A DNA stretch of 64,000 bases from an uncultured Gammaproteobacteria bacterium (GCA_963846225.1 CAWJVD010000002.1:32891-96890); one strand, 5' to 3'. Shown: positions 51,040 to 64,000, counted from the first letter of the stretch. Notes: generated from the sequence alone by a model not told the origin. Translations and numbers: made by a program.

Positions 51040-51323
51040 TACCTGCGGCCCATGATAAGTCCGAACAGCAGGGCTATGCCGCCGGCCACCGCCACGGCCT
51101 GCCAGGGGTTGTCGCGCACGTAGCTGTCGACATCACGCGCTCGGGCGCGCACCTGATCCTCGAGCGCCGTCAGCCGCGTGCGCAGCTCCTGCAGCGTGGC
51201 CTGCGCGCGCTCCTGCAATTCGGCACTGCCGGCGTTGGTCGTGGCACGCAGCAGCGCCTCGGCGTCGTCCACCAGCGTGCGCAGATCCTCTGCGAGCCTG
51301 CCGCCGTCGTAGCTCTCGCTCAT
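51039..51323 (-). CDS. ElaB/YqjD family (DUF883) membrane-anchored ribosome-associated protein
   Basis: 94 aa. LRTLVDDAEALL...YVRDNPWQAVAVAGGIALLFGLIMGRR is typical of DUF883. Confidence 0.75.
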   Translation of the reverse strand: MSESYDGGRLAEDLRTLVDDAEALLRATTNAGSAELQERAQATLQELRTRLTALEDQVRARARDVDSYVRDNPWQAVAVAGGIALLFGLIMGRR

Positions 51324-51436
51324 GGTTTACTCCTTGAGTCGTCAGGGGTTCCTGGAGCGCTGATTTACGCATATCCGCATCGAAACCGCGAGACTCGCGC
51401 GGCCAGCTGCGCTACTCTCGCTGCAGAAGTGCTCGC

Positions 51437-52568
51437 ATGAACGGGGCCGTGCCAAATCCGCTGCTGGAGCTGCGCAAGCTTGGCGAGAGTGCCTGGCTCG
51501 ACGACATCAGCCGCGGGATGCTCGAAGACGGAAGCCTCGAGCGGCTCATCCACGAGGACGGCATTGCCGGGCTCACGTCGAACCCCGCGATCTTCGCCAA
51601 CTCCATGATGCAGGACCAACACTACGCGCGGCCGATCGCGCAGCTTCTGCCCACGGTGTCCTCCGCCATGGCGCTCTACGAGGAGCTTGCGATCGAAGAC
51701 CTGCGCAGCGCCGCCCAGCTTCTGCGCCCGCTCTACGACTCGAGCGGCGGCGCAGACGGTTACGTGAGCTTCGAGGTCTCCCCGCACCTGGCTGACGACA
51801 GCGCCGGGAGTCTGCGCGAGGCGCAGCGGCTGTGGCGGCGGCTGAATCTGCCGAATGCGCTCATCAAGATACCCGGCACCGAGGCGGGGCTGCCCGTGAT
51901 CCGTGAGCTTGTGGCCTCGGGCGTCAACGTGAACGTGACGTTACTGTTCTCGCCCGAGCGCTATCGGGCCGTGGCGCGCGCCTACATGGAGGGCCTCGCA
52001 GCGCGCGCCGCCGCCGGCGGGGGGCTCGCCACGGTCGCCTCCGTCGCCAGCTTCTTCCTGAGCCGCATCGACAGCGCGGTCGATAAGATCCTCGACGGCC
52101 TGGCCGCGGCCGGCCAGCCCGCGGCCGCGCGCGCTGCGCGGCAAGGCGGCGATTGCCAGCGCCTGCCGCGCCTACGAGATTTACGAGGAAATGACCGCCA
52201 CGCCCGAGTGGCAGAGGCTCGCCAGCGCGGGCGCGCGGCCGCAGCGGCTCCTGTGGGCCTCGACCTCTACCAAGGATCCGAACTACAGCCCGATCAAGTA
52301 CGTCGAGGAGCTGGTGGTGCCCGGCACCGTCAACACCATGCCGCTCGAGACACTCAACACCTACCGGCGGCTCGGGCGGCCCGAGCTGCGTCTCGAGCGC
52401 CATATCGCGGAAAGCGCGGATACGCGCGAGGGGCTCGAGCGGCTGGATGTCGATATGGAAGCCATCGCCGAACAGCTCGAGCGCGAGGGCGTGACGAAGT
52501 TCGTCGAGCCCTTCGATAAACTACAACAATGGCTCGAGGGACAGCGCCGCGGACAGCGAGCGTCCTGA
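51437..52568 (+). pseudogene. tal: transaldolase, one frameshift near 52140
   Basis: NPLLELRKLGESAWLDDISR, GLTSNPAIF and LIKIPGTEAG lie in the 51437 frame. WQRLASAGARPQRLLWASTSTKDPNYSPIKYVEELV lies in the 52191..52568 frame. Confidence 0.85.
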
Positions 52569-52587
52569 GAGTTGTGGGGGACCTGAG

Positions 52588-52965
52588 GTGGATCTGGACA
52601 CGAAAGCGGTACGGGAGCGACTGCTCAGGCGCCGTGAGGAGCTGCGGCAGCGCGCGAGCGATGCGAGTGCCGATCTGCGTCACGAAGCCGACCCGTTGTC
52701 GGCCGATTTCGCCGAGCAGGTCACGCAGCGCGAGAACGACGATGTGCTGGGCGCGATCTCGCACTCGGCCCAGGCAGAGCTGCAACAGGTGGACGCGGCA
52801 CTGCGGCGCCTGGCCTCCGGACGCTATACCACCTGCGCGGTGTGCGGCGAGGATATCGAGCCGGAGAGACTGGCCGCGGTGCCGTACACCGATCGCTGCC
52901 GCTCGTGCGCCGAAGGAGGCCGTAACGGCGGCCGCGGGGCGCGCGGCTCAGCGGCGGCTGACGCG
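52588..52965 (+). CDS. TraR/DksA family C4-type zinc-finger protein
   Basis: GTG start. Coiled-coil N-terminus and Zn finger CAVCGEDIEPERLAAVPYTDRCRSC. No in-frame stop precedes the next gene's ATG at 52966, so the 3' end is uncertain. Confidence 0.55.
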
Positions 52966-53840
52966 ATGAGCGCGCCTGCCGCGCCCGCCGATGCGCCCGC
53001 CCCTTCGGGCGTCATTACCATCACCACGGATTTCGGCCACCAGGGCCCCTTCGTCGGCGTCATGAAGGGCTGCATCCTCACGCGCTTCCCGCAGGCCCGC
53101 ATCATCGATCTCACCCACGAGATCGTGGTGCACTGGCCGGCCGAGGCCGGGTTCTGGCTGGCGCGCGCGTTCGGGTACTTCCCGCCGGCACCGTGCACGT
53201 GGCGGTGGTCGACCCGGGGGTAGGCACCGCGCGCGACATCATCGCGGTGCGGCGCAGGCGGCGCAGTCTTCCTCGCCCCCGACAACGGCCTGCTGGCGCC
53301 AGTCGTCGAGCGCGCAGCGGACGCGGTGCTGATCGTGCGGCTCGACGCGCTGCGGCGCTCGCGCGATCTCGGCGTGCACCGTCCGAGCGCCACGTTCCAC
53401 GGCCGGGATATCTTCGCGCCGATCGCGGCCGAGCTGGCTGCCGGCCGTTGCAGCCTGCGCGATCCTCGGGGAGCGCGCGTGACACACTCGTGCCCGTCGT
53501 GGGTGGAGGAGCCTGCGGTGGAGGCCCGCAGCGTCAGCGGGGTGGTCATCACGCATCGATCACTTCGGCAATCTCATCACCAACATCGACGCGGCGCTCA
53601 TCGAGCGCTTCCGCGCTGCCGCTGGTGCACGCCGGCAACCACGCTTTTCCTCTGCTGCGCACCTACGGCGACGCCCGGCCCGGGGAATACCTGGCGCTGG
53701 TGAATTCCTTCGGAGTGCTCGAGATCGCCCGCGCGGAACAAAGCGCCGCGGAGGGCTTGGGCTTGAGCCGGGGGGCCCCGTCATCGTGCGCGATCGCAGC
53801 CGGGAGGGCACGCTTCCGGCGCAATTGCCGCAAGAGTTGA
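52966..53840 (+). pseudogene. SAM hydroxide adenosyltransferase-like (DUF62 / SAM hydrolase) protein, frameshifted
   Basis: GVITITTDFGHQGPFVGVMKGCIL..IIDLTHEI, then VAVVDPGVGTARDII, TFHGRDIFAPIAAELAAG and LVNSFGVLEIA, spread over three frames. Confidence 0.7.
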
Positions 53841-53864
53841 TCGGCGGCGCGAATCCGCTATAGT
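53837..53864 (+). promoter_or_regulatory. candidate sigma-70 promoter (TTGATC-N16-TATAGT)
   Basis: Good -35 and -10 hexamers with a 16-nt spacer, about 70 nt upstream of the ATG at 53936. Relatively AT-rich context. Confidence 0.4.
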
Positions 53865-53935
53865 TCGCAGCCTTGTCGTGCCGCCTGCATGCGCACGTTA
53901 GTCATTGAATTATCTTCAGGATTTACGCCGCCAAG

Positions 53936-54151
53936 ATGTCGGAACGAGACAACGAGAGCTTCGATCTCGACGATGAATTCCTGAGCGGTCCCACCGAGGA
54001 CGGCACCGACTACGACCGGCTGCTCGACCGGGTGGACAAGCGCGTGCGCAACCAGGGCAAGCGCGGCAAGGCCGCCTGGAGCCGGCTCGAGGAAGTGCTG
54101 GCGGACAGCAAGCTCGAGAAGGACCTGAAGGACTTCGACGACGAGCTCTAG
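53936..54151 (+). CDS. small acidic protein (resembles the PA3496-type putative envelope-integrity family)
   Basis: 71 aa: MSERDNESFDLDDEFL...RLEEVLADSKLEKDLKDFDDEL. Acidic ends flank a basic centre. The family assignment is from memory. Confidence 0.45.
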   Translation: MSERDNESFDLDDEFLSGPTEDGTDYDRLLDRVDKRVRNQGKRGKAAWSRLEEVLADSKLEKDLKDFDDEL

Positions 54152-54250
54152 AACCCGCCGCCGCTCGAGCGCTCCAACTCGAGCCGCGAGCACGCAGGCG
54201 ACGTTTCGCGCCCGCCTGCGCGCGCGGTGCAGCGCCCGGAGGACTAAGCC

Positions 54251-56857
54251 GTGACCCGCACGCCCTCGGCCTGGATCGTCCTGAAGTTCGGCGGCACGAG
54301 CGTCTCGAGCCTGCCAACTGGACCAACATCGCCCGCGTCGTCACGCCGAGCGTCGGCCGGCGGCGGCGCGCGTGCTCATCGTGCACTCGGCGGTCACCGG
54401 CATCACCGACCGCCTCGAGCGGCTGCTCGATGCCGCGATCGGCCAGGCGCAGGAGGAGGAGCTGCGCGCCATCGAGGAGCGCCACCGGCGCCTCGCCGGC
54501 GAGCTCGGCGTGCCGCTCGGGGACGAAGTCGAGCGACAGCTCGCGGAGCTGCGCGAGATCGCCGCCGGCGTCGCGCTGGTGCGGCGAGGTGAGCGACCGC
54601 ACGCGCGCACGCGTCATGGCGACCGGCGAGCTGATGGCGACCCACATCGGCGCGCGCTTCCTCGCCGCGCAGGGGCTCGAGCGTCGCGCTGGGCGGATGC
54701 CCGCAGCATGCTGCGCGCCGGAGCGCCACGGCGCCTCGGCGAAGGCGAGCGTGCTGTCGGCGGTGTGCGGCTTCGCGCCCGATGCGGCGCTCGCGGCGCG
54801 CCTGCTGCGAGCGGCGCCCCGATCGTCGTCACGCAGGGCTTCATCGCCAGCGACGACGAGGGCAACACCGTGCTGCTCGGCCGCGGCGGCTCGGATACCT
54901 CGGCGGCCTACCTCGCCGCGAAGCTGCGGCGCGCAGCGGCTCGAGATCTGGACCGACGTGCCGGGCATGTTCAGCGCCAACCCGCGCGCCACGCCCGACT
55001 GCGCGCCTGCTGCGCACGCTGCACTACGATGAGGCGCAGGAGATCGCCACCAGCGGCGCGAAGGTGCTGCATCCGCGCTGCATCCTGCCGGTGCGGCAGT
55101 ACGGCATTCCGTTGCACGTGTACGCCACGCAGGCGCCGGAGCTCGACGGGCACGGTGCTCAGCGCCGCGGGCGCCGAGGGCGGTGCGCAGGTGAAGGCGG
55201 TGTGCACCAAGAAGGGCATCACGCTCGATCTCGCTGGAGAGCCCGGGCATGTGGCACCAGGTCGGCTTTCTCGCCGATGCCTTCCAGGTCTTCAAGCAGC
55301 ACGGCATGTCGGTCGACCTGGTGTCGACCTCCGAGACCAACGTCACGGTGTCGCTCGATCCGGCCGCCAACACTCTCGACAACACGCTGGTCGGCGAGCT
55401 GGTGGCGGACCTGTCGCGCCTGTGCCGCGTGCAGGTGATCGGCCCATGCGCCTCGGTGAGTCTCGTGGGGCGCAACATCCGCGCCATCCTGCATCAGCTC
55501 GGCGGCGCCTTCGAGTTCTTCGAGGAGCAGAAGATCCACCTGGTCAGCCAGGCGGCCAACGATCTGAACTTCACCTTCGTGGTCGATGAGAACCAGGGCG
55601 ACCGGCTCGTCGAGCAGCTGCACGAGCTGCTGATCCGCCCGGTGCCGGGCGACAAGGTGCTCGGTCCGACCTGGCAGCAGCTGTTCTCGCAGGCCGCCGC
55701 CGCGCGCGGCCCGCGCCATCCCCTGGTGGCGCTGAGCGCGCAGCGAGCTGCTCGACGCGCTCGGCGATGCAGGATGCCGCCTTCGTCTACGACCTCGAAG
55801 TGGTGCGCGCCGCGGCGCGCTCGCTGCGCGCGCTGCGGCGCGCTCGCGCGCGTGCACTACTCGATGAAGGCCAACCCGCACCCGCGAGATGCTGCGTGCG
55901 TTGCGCGCCGAGGGGATCGAGTTCGAATGCGTCTCGCGCGGGGAAGTCGAGCGGGTGCTGCGAGCTGTTCCCGGATCTCGACCGCCCGAGCGCATTCTGT
56001 ACACGCCGAACTTCGCGCCGCGCGCCGAGTACGCCTGGGCGCTCGGGCGCGGGCGTGCGCGTGACGATCGACAACAGCCTACGCCCTGAGTGCCTGGCCG
56101 GAGCTCTTCGCGCGGGCAGGAGATCTTCGTGCGCGTCGACACCGGCGTCGGCCGCGGCCACCACACGCACGTGCGCACCGCCGGCAGCCGCTCGAAATTC
56201 GGCGTGCCGATCGCGGAGCTGCGCGAGCTCGCGTCGCGCGCGCGCGCAGGCGCGCGCACGGGTCACGGGGCTGCAGGCGCACGTGGGCAGCGGCATCTTC
56301 GACGTCACCAGCTGGGAGCACACCGCGCGACTGCTGGCGGAGGCGGCGCGCGGGTTCGAGGGCGTGCGCGTCATCGACGTCGGCGGGGGCCTGGGGGTGC
56401 CGGAGCGAGCCGATCAGCCCGGGGTCGATCTCGCCAAGCTCGACACGCTGCTCGCTGCCGTGCGCGCGGAGCATCCGCAGCTCGAGATGTGGCTCGAGCC
56501 CGGGCGCTACCTGGTGGCGGCGGCCGGCGTGCTGCTCGCGCGGGTGACGCAGCTGAAGGCGAAGGGCGGGGTGCGCTTCGTCGGCGTCGCGACCGGGATG
56601 AACTCCCTCATCCGGCCGGCGCTCTATGGCTCGTACCATGAGATCGCCAACCTCACGCGCGCGGACGAGCCCGCGACCGAGCTGGTCAGCGTCGTCGGGC
56701 CCGATCTGCGAGAGTGCCGACGTGCTCGGGCCACGATCGGCTGCTGCCGGCGACGCGCGAGGGTGACGTGCTGCTCATCGCCAACGCCGGTGCCTACGGG
56801 CGCGTGATGAGCTCGGACTACAACCTGCGCGCACCCGCCGCGGAGCTGTTCCTCTGA
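54251..56857 (+). pseudogene. lysA: bifunctional aspartate kinase / diaminopimelate decarboxylase, multiply frameshifted
   Basis: Aspartokinase N-terminus WIVLKFGGTSVSS, LIVHSAVTGITDRLE, and an ACT region (MWHQVGFLADAFQVFKQHGMSVDLVSTSE). This runs directly into DAP decarboxylase segments YSMKANPHP, VSRGEVERV, FVRVDTGVGRGHH, DVGGGLGVP and EPGRYLVAAAGVLL, then stops at 56857. Confidence 0.8.
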
Positions 56858-59138
56858 AGCGCATCGTTCTCGCCGATCCTCGGCGCCCTGGCGCTGGCGG
56901 CTCGCTCGTCTACGTCGTGTATCTCGATCGCCTGGTCACGAAGCAGTTCGAGGGCCGCCGCTGGACGCTGCCGGCTCAGGTGTATGCCGCGCCGCTCGAG
57001 CTGTACGCGGGACTGGCGCTGTCACTTCCGGAGCTCGAGCACGAGCTGCAGCGCTTGCACTACCAGCGCGCGCAAGCGCTCGAGCGGCCCGGCACCTACC
57101 GCTGGCAGGGCGAGCGCATCGAGGTGGCGCTGCGCCCGGCGCGCTTTGCCGACGAGGTGCGCGAGGCGCAGGTCCTCGCCATCACCGGCGCAGGGCCGGC
57201 GCTGGCCAGCCTGCGCGACAGCGCCGGCCATGAGGTGCCGGTGCTGCGCCTCGAGCCGCTGCTCATCGGCAGCATCTTCCCGATCCACGGCGAGGACCGC
57301 ATCGTCGTCACTCCGCAGGAGGTGCCGACCCTGCTGCCCGCGGCGCTGAAGGCCGTCGAAGACCGCAAATTCGACACGCATCACGGCGTCGACCCCTTAG
57401 CGATGCTGCGCGCGGCGTGGGTCAACGTGCGCGCCCGCCAGATCGAGCAGGGCGGCAGCACCCTCACGCAACAGCTGGTGCGCAGCTACTTCCTCAGCTC
57501 CCGCCAGACCCTCTCGAGGAAGCTGCGTGAGGCGGTCATGGCGATGGCGCTCGATGCGCATTTCACCAAGGCCGATCTCATGAACGCCTATATCAATGAG
57601 ATCTTCCTCGGGCAGGACGGCGACCGCGCCATCCACGGCTTCGGGCTCGCGAGCCAGTTCTACCTCGGCAAGCCGCTCGCGGAGCTCGACCTCTCGGAGG
57701 TAGCGCTGCTGGTCGCGATCGTGCGCGGGCCTTCTTACTACGATCCGCGCCGCCACCCCGAGCGCGCCCGCGCGCGCCGCGACCTGGTGCTGAAAATCAT
57801 GGCCGATCAGAGGATCGTCACGCCGCCCGAGGCGGCCGCCGCGGCGCGCGCCCCGCTCGGCGTCACGGGCCGCCCCGCCGGGGCCTACTACCCGGCGTAC
57901 CTCGACTTCGTGCGTCGCACGCTGCGCCGCGACTACCACGAGCAGGATCTCACCGGGGCGGGCCTGCGCATTTACACCAGCCTCGACCCGCGCGCCCAGG
58001 ATCAGGCCGAGCGCGCACTCGAGCGCGAGCTCGACGCGCCTCGACCGCTCGAGCAAGCACCCGCAGGGCGCGCTCGAGGGCGCGGCAGTCGTCACCTCCC
58101 CGCAGAGCGGGGAGGTGATCGCCATCGTCGGCGGGCGCAACGTCGGTTACGACGGCTTCGATCGGGCGCTCGATGCGCGCCGCTCGATGGGCTCGCTGGT
58201 GAAGCCGTTCATCTACCTGACGGCGCTCGAGAGCGGCCGCTACAACGCCGCTACCGTGGTGCAGGATGCGCCCGTCGACGTGAAGCTCGCGAACGGCGCG
58301 CACTGGCGGCCGGAGAATTTCACGCGCCAGGTCTACGGGGCGGTGCCGGTGGTGCGCGCCCTCGCCGAGTCGCTCAACCTCGCCACAGTGGGCGTGGGGC
58401 TCGACGTAGGCTTGCCGAAAGTCGCGCAGACGCTGCAGCGCTTCGGTCTGCCGCAACCGCCGCCGCAGGTGCCGGCGATACTGCTCGGGGCGGTCGCGGT
58501 CACACCGCTCGAGGCTGCGCAGCTCTTCAACGGGCTCGCCAACGGGGGCTTCAGCAACCCGCTGCGCGCGGTGCGTGCCCTGATCAGCGCCGAGGGCAAG
58601 CCGCTGAAGGCATTTCCTCTCGAGGTCACGCAGGTGGCCTCGCCCGAGGCGGTGTATCAGCTCGATCGCATGCTGGTCGAGGTCATGGAGCATGGCACCG
58701 GCCGCTCCGCGCGCGCGTTCCTGCCGCCGAAGCTGGTGGTCGCCGGCAAGTCCGGAACCTCTTCGGACTTCCGCGACAGCTGGTTCGCGGGATTCTCGGG
58801 CAGTCACCTCGCCGTCGTGTGGGTCGGCTACGACGACAACGCGCCGACCGGCTTCACCGGCTCCTGCGGGCGCACTGCCGGTGTGGGCGCACATCATGGC
58901 GGGCCTCGGCACCACTTCCTGGAACGCGCCGATGCCGGAGTCGATCGCCGAGGTACACATCGAGTATCCGACCGGGCTGCGCGTCGTGCCCGGCTGCTCC
59001 GAGGACATCGTGGCGGTCGCCGTGCCCGGCAACGCGGCGCTGCCGGCGAAGCCCGGCTGCGGTTTCCCGGAGAGCGCGGGCGCATTGGGCACGATGCTCG
59101 ATCGCGCTCAGCAGTGGCTGCACGGACTGACACGTTGA
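56857..59138 (+). pseudogene. mrcB: penicillin-binding protein 1B (bifunctional glycosyltransferase/transpeptidase), frameshifted; 5' end unresolved
   Basis: The TM region is split over two frames (KRIVLA / ILGALALAA / LVYVVYLDR). Also present are a UB2H-like region, GT51 motifs EDRKFDTHHGVD and GGSTLTQQL, and transpeptidase motifs SMGSLVKPFIY and KSGTSSD. Frame changes near 58060 and 58860. Confidence 0.8.
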
Positions 59139-59176
59139 TTCGCGGAGCTGGCCCGTAGCGCTGATGGATGGGCTTC

Positions 59177-59222
59177 ATGCGCAGAGCCCATGCGCATACA
59201 TGATGCGCACGGGTGATGCGCA
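59177..59222. repeat. four ATGCGCA heptamers at an exact 13-bp period
   Basis: ATGCGCA begins at 59177, 59190, 59203 and 59216. The core TGCGCA is palindromic. Lies in the mrcB / TPR-lipoprotein intergenic region, about 50 nt upstream of the ATG at 59270. Confidence 0.9.
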
Positions 59223-59269
59223 CAGTGCCGGGCCGGAGGGCACCCTACCGCCCGCCATATAATGCGCGC

Positions 59270-59791
59270 ATGTCACGCGCGATCGCTCTGAAGCGTCTGC
59301 CCGCGGTCGTTGCCGCCCTCGCGATCCAGGCCTGTGCCCTGCATGCGGGCGGAGATTTTCACCCGGGTGGTGGCGTCACCGGGGAGTCGCCTTCCGGCAC
59401 TGCGCAACCGCCACCACCGCCGCCCGAGCGGCCGGGCGCGCCGGCGCCACGGCAGTTCCACCTCGGAGCCGCGGCGAACGCCCTGGTGGCACAGGCGCAG
59501 CGGCAGGCCGCCAGCGGCGACTACGGCGCGGCGTCCGCAACGCTCGAGCGGGCACTGCGGATCGAGCCAGATAACCCGCTCCTGTGGATCGAGCTCGGGC
59601 GGGTGCGGCTCGGGGAAAACAACGCCGCACAAGCCGACTCCCTGGGTCGCAAGGCAGTCACGCTCGCCACGGGAGACCCCCTCGCGCAGGCGTCGGCGTG
59701 GCGCCTCATCGCCGACTCCGCGCGGGCCCAGGGCCGCAACGCGGAGGCCTACGACGCAGACCGGCGCGCTGCGAGCCTGGCACCACGCTGA
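59270..59791 (+). CDS. TPR-repeat lipoprotein
   Basis: 173 aa. MSRAIALKRLPAVVAALAIQAC is a lipobox-like signal. This is followed by a Pro-rich linker and TPR-like repeats (ALRIEPDNPLLWIELGRV). Confidence 0.65.
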   Translation: MSRAIALKRLPAVVAALAIQACALHAGGDFHPGGGVTGESPSGTAQPPPPPPERPGAPAPRQFHLGAAANALVAQAQRQAASGDYGAASATLERALRIEPDNPLLWIELGRVRLGENNAAQADSLGRKAVTLATGDPLAQASAWRLIADSARAQGRNAEAYDADRRAASLAPR

Positions 59792-59844
59792 GGGGCGCCC
59801 ACGCGCCGCTTGCGTGCGGCCCGGCGAAGCCCCTAAACTATTGA

Positions 59845-59963
59845 TTACTCATCGAGACCGGCTGAGGGATAGGCCCTTAGACGCCGGGGCAACCGCCAGG
59901 ACCAACCATCCTGGAAAGGTGCCAACTCCTGCGACACCTGTACGAGTGTCGACAGATGAGCGG
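59845..59963 (+). promoter_or_regulatory. SAM-I (S-box) riboswitch
   Basis: CTCATCGAGACCGGCTGAGGGATAGGCCCTTAGACGCCGGGGCAACC...AAAGGTGCCAACTCCTGCGACAC...GTGTCGACAGATGAG. The P1 halves are CTCATC and GATGAG. Conserved GAGGGA, GGCCC, GGCAACC and GGTGCCAA-TCCTGC blocks are present. Lies about 120 nt upstream of a Cys/Met-metabolism PLP enzyme gene. Confidence 0.8.
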
Positions 59964-60082
59964 TCAGCGTGGCCCGCGGTGCTCAAGACACCGGCGGGAT
60001 GGACGTGACAGCCAGCCCCTCTGTGGGCAGGCGCGCTCCGCAGGAGTCCGGTGAGACCGGGCCACATTTATCGGAGCATCCC

Positions 60083-62402
<2,320 letters not shown>

Positions 62403-62406
<4 letters not shown>

Positions 62407-63008
62407 GGCGCGTGCCGCTGTTCGTAGGCGCTCGATCTCGGCTCCTGGGCGAGCAGGAACCCGAGCTCATCGACGCCGTTGAGCAGGCAGTAGCGCGCGA
62501 AGGGCTCGATCGGAAAGTCGACCGCGGCGCCGTCGGGCAGCGTGCAGCGTGCGCGCTGGCGAGGTCGATCGTGCACCTCGGCGCCCGGGTGCTCGAGCAG
62601 CCAGCTGGCCGGTGGCCTCATCGACCACGATCGGCAGCAGGCCGTTCTTCAGCGAGTTGTTGCGGAAGATGTCGGCGATCTCGGTGCTGATCACGGCGCG
62701 AAAGCCGTAGTCGAGCAGCGCCCAGGGCGCGTGCTCGCGCGAGGAGCCGCAGCCGAAGTTGCGGCCCGCGACCAGCACCGCGGCAGCCGGCGGCCTCGGG
62801 CCGGTTGAGCGCGAAGTCGCGCTTGCGGCGCGCCGTCGGCGTCGTAGCGCCAGTCGGCGAACAGCTGCTGCGCCCAGGCCCGTCGCGCGTGGTGGTGCGT
62901 CAGGAAGCGCGCCGGGATGATCTGGTCGGTGTCGATGTTGGTGAACGGCAGCACCACGGTGCGCGAGCGAATGCTGTCGGATCGGTTCCATGGCTGCGCC
63001 TCAGCCAT
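62403..63008 (-). pseudogene. leuD: 3-isopropylmalate dehydratase small subunit, frameshifted
   Basis: [62 protein letters not shown] and [15 protein letters not shown] lie in three frames. The start overlaps the leuC stop (ATGGCTGA). Confidence 0.85.
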
Positions 63009-64000
63009 CGAGGAACTCGCGCGGATCGGTGACGCGGCCGCGCACCGCGCTGGCCGCGGCGGTCAGCGGGCTGGCGAGCAGCGTGCGCGCGCCCGGCGCC
63101 CTGGCGGCCCTCGAAGTTGCGGTTGCTGGTGCTGACCGAGTACTCGCCGCTGCCGACCGTATCGCCGTTCATGCCGATGCACATCGAGCAGCCCGACTCG
63201 CGCCACTCGGCGCCGGCGTCGATGAAGATCCGGTCCAGCCCTTCGGCTTCGGCCGCGCGTCTTGACCTGCTGCGAGCCCGGCACGACCAGCACGCGCACG
63301 CCGCGCGCGATCTTGCGCCCGCGCAGCAGCTGCGCGGCGCTGCGCAGGTCCGACAGGCGGCCATTGGTGCAGCTGCCGATGAACACGACGTTGACCGGCT
63401 GGTCGCCGATCGGCTCGCCCGGCGTGCAGCCCCATGTAGGCCAGCGCCTTGTCGAACACCGGATCGTCCGTGCGCGTCGGGAATCGAGCCGCCGATCGGC
63501 ACGACCATGCCCGGGTTGGTGCCGTAGGTGATCATCGGCTCGAGCGCGGCGCCGTCGAGCGTCGATCTCGCGATCGAAGCGCGCGCCCGCATCGCTCGGC
63601 AGCGCGCGCCAGCGCTCGCAGCGCGCGCTCCCAGGCTTCGCCCTGCGGCGCGCGCGGCCGGCCTGCGAGATAGGCGATAGGTGGTCTCGTCCGGGCGCGA
63701 TCATGCCGGCGCGCGCGCCGGCCTCGATCGACATGTTGCACACGGTCATGCGCTCTTCCATGTCGAGCGCGCGGATCGCCGCGCCGCGGTACTCGAGCAC
63801 GTGGCCGGTGCCGCCGCCGACGCCGATCTCGCCGATGATGGCCAGGATCAGATCCTTGGCGGTGACGCCGGCCGCCAGCGCGCCCTCGACGTTGATCGCG
63901 AAGGTCTGCGGCCTGCGCTGCAGCAGGCACTGCGTGGCGAACACATGGCCGACCTCGGTGGTGCCGATGCCGAAGGCGAGCGCGCCGAAGGCGCCGTGCG
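63001..64000 (-). pseudogene. leuC: 3-isopropylmalate dehydratase large subunit, C-terminal part (runs off the window), frameshifted
   Basis: Aconitase-family segments [35 protein letters not shown] and [11 protein letters not shown] are distributed over several minus-strand frames. Stop at 63001..63003. Confidence 0.8.

Overview
This is a 64-kb chromosomal segment from a very GC-rich proteobacterium. By inference only, it looks like a Xanthomonadales/Nevskiales-like gammaproteobacterium: it has a fused aspartokinase/diaminopimelate decarboxylase, an S-box riboswitch ahead of a methionine gene, and a TonB-dependent receptor next to TPR-sulfotransferases. I recognised no rRNA, tRNA, CRISPR, transposase, integrase, phage or known defence genes.

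Layout:
- 0.2-7.7 kb: secreted hypothetical, two MFS transporters, GMC oxidoreductase, enolase-superfamily enzyme, Rieske oxygenase.
- 7.9-14.1 kb: betaine-homocysteine-methyltransferase-like gene plus soxBDAG.
- 14.1-16.5 kb: glpK-glpF.
- 16.9-24.0 kb: TonB-dependent receptor plus two tandem TPR-sulfotransferase genes, the second with an N-terminal SEC-C motif.
- 24.0-28.7 kb: second enolase-superfamily gene, LysR regulator, dimethylglycine-dehydrogenase-like gene.
- 28.7-41.4 kb: mixed accessory genes (MaoC, Tat-exported aldo/keto reductase, UrcA, LytS/LytTR, MFS, small stress-type proteins, YXWGXW-repeat protein, AI-2E transporter, Fpr, LemA plus a GIDE-like protein with an EF-hand).
- 41.5-47.1 kb: GntR regulator plus leucine-catabolic ivd/mccB/mccA.
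- 47.2-53.9 kb: envelope and housekeeping genes.
- 54.3-64.0 kb: lysC-lysA fusion, mrcB, TPR lipoprotein, SAM-I riboswitch plus a trans-sulfuration gene, leuB-leuD-leuC.

The most striking property is that reading frames are intact over long stretches but carry many frameshifts in discrete blocks (about 9.9-13.0, 25.7-28.7, 42.3-45.2 and 52.1-64.0 kb). These hit housekeeping genes, so assembly error is more likely than decay. Affected genes are listed as pseudogene with that caveat.

The most interesting unexplained signals are:
- a 37-nt AT-rich element present twice in inverted orientation around the BHMT-sox-glpKF block;
- the receptor/TPR-sulfotransferase module with a terminator hairpin abutting the next start codon;
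- a 30-bp tandem duplication;
- four ATGCGCA heptamers at an exact 13-bp period;
- an orphan terminator in a 340-bp intergenic region.

Gene starts are best guesses from the sequence only.
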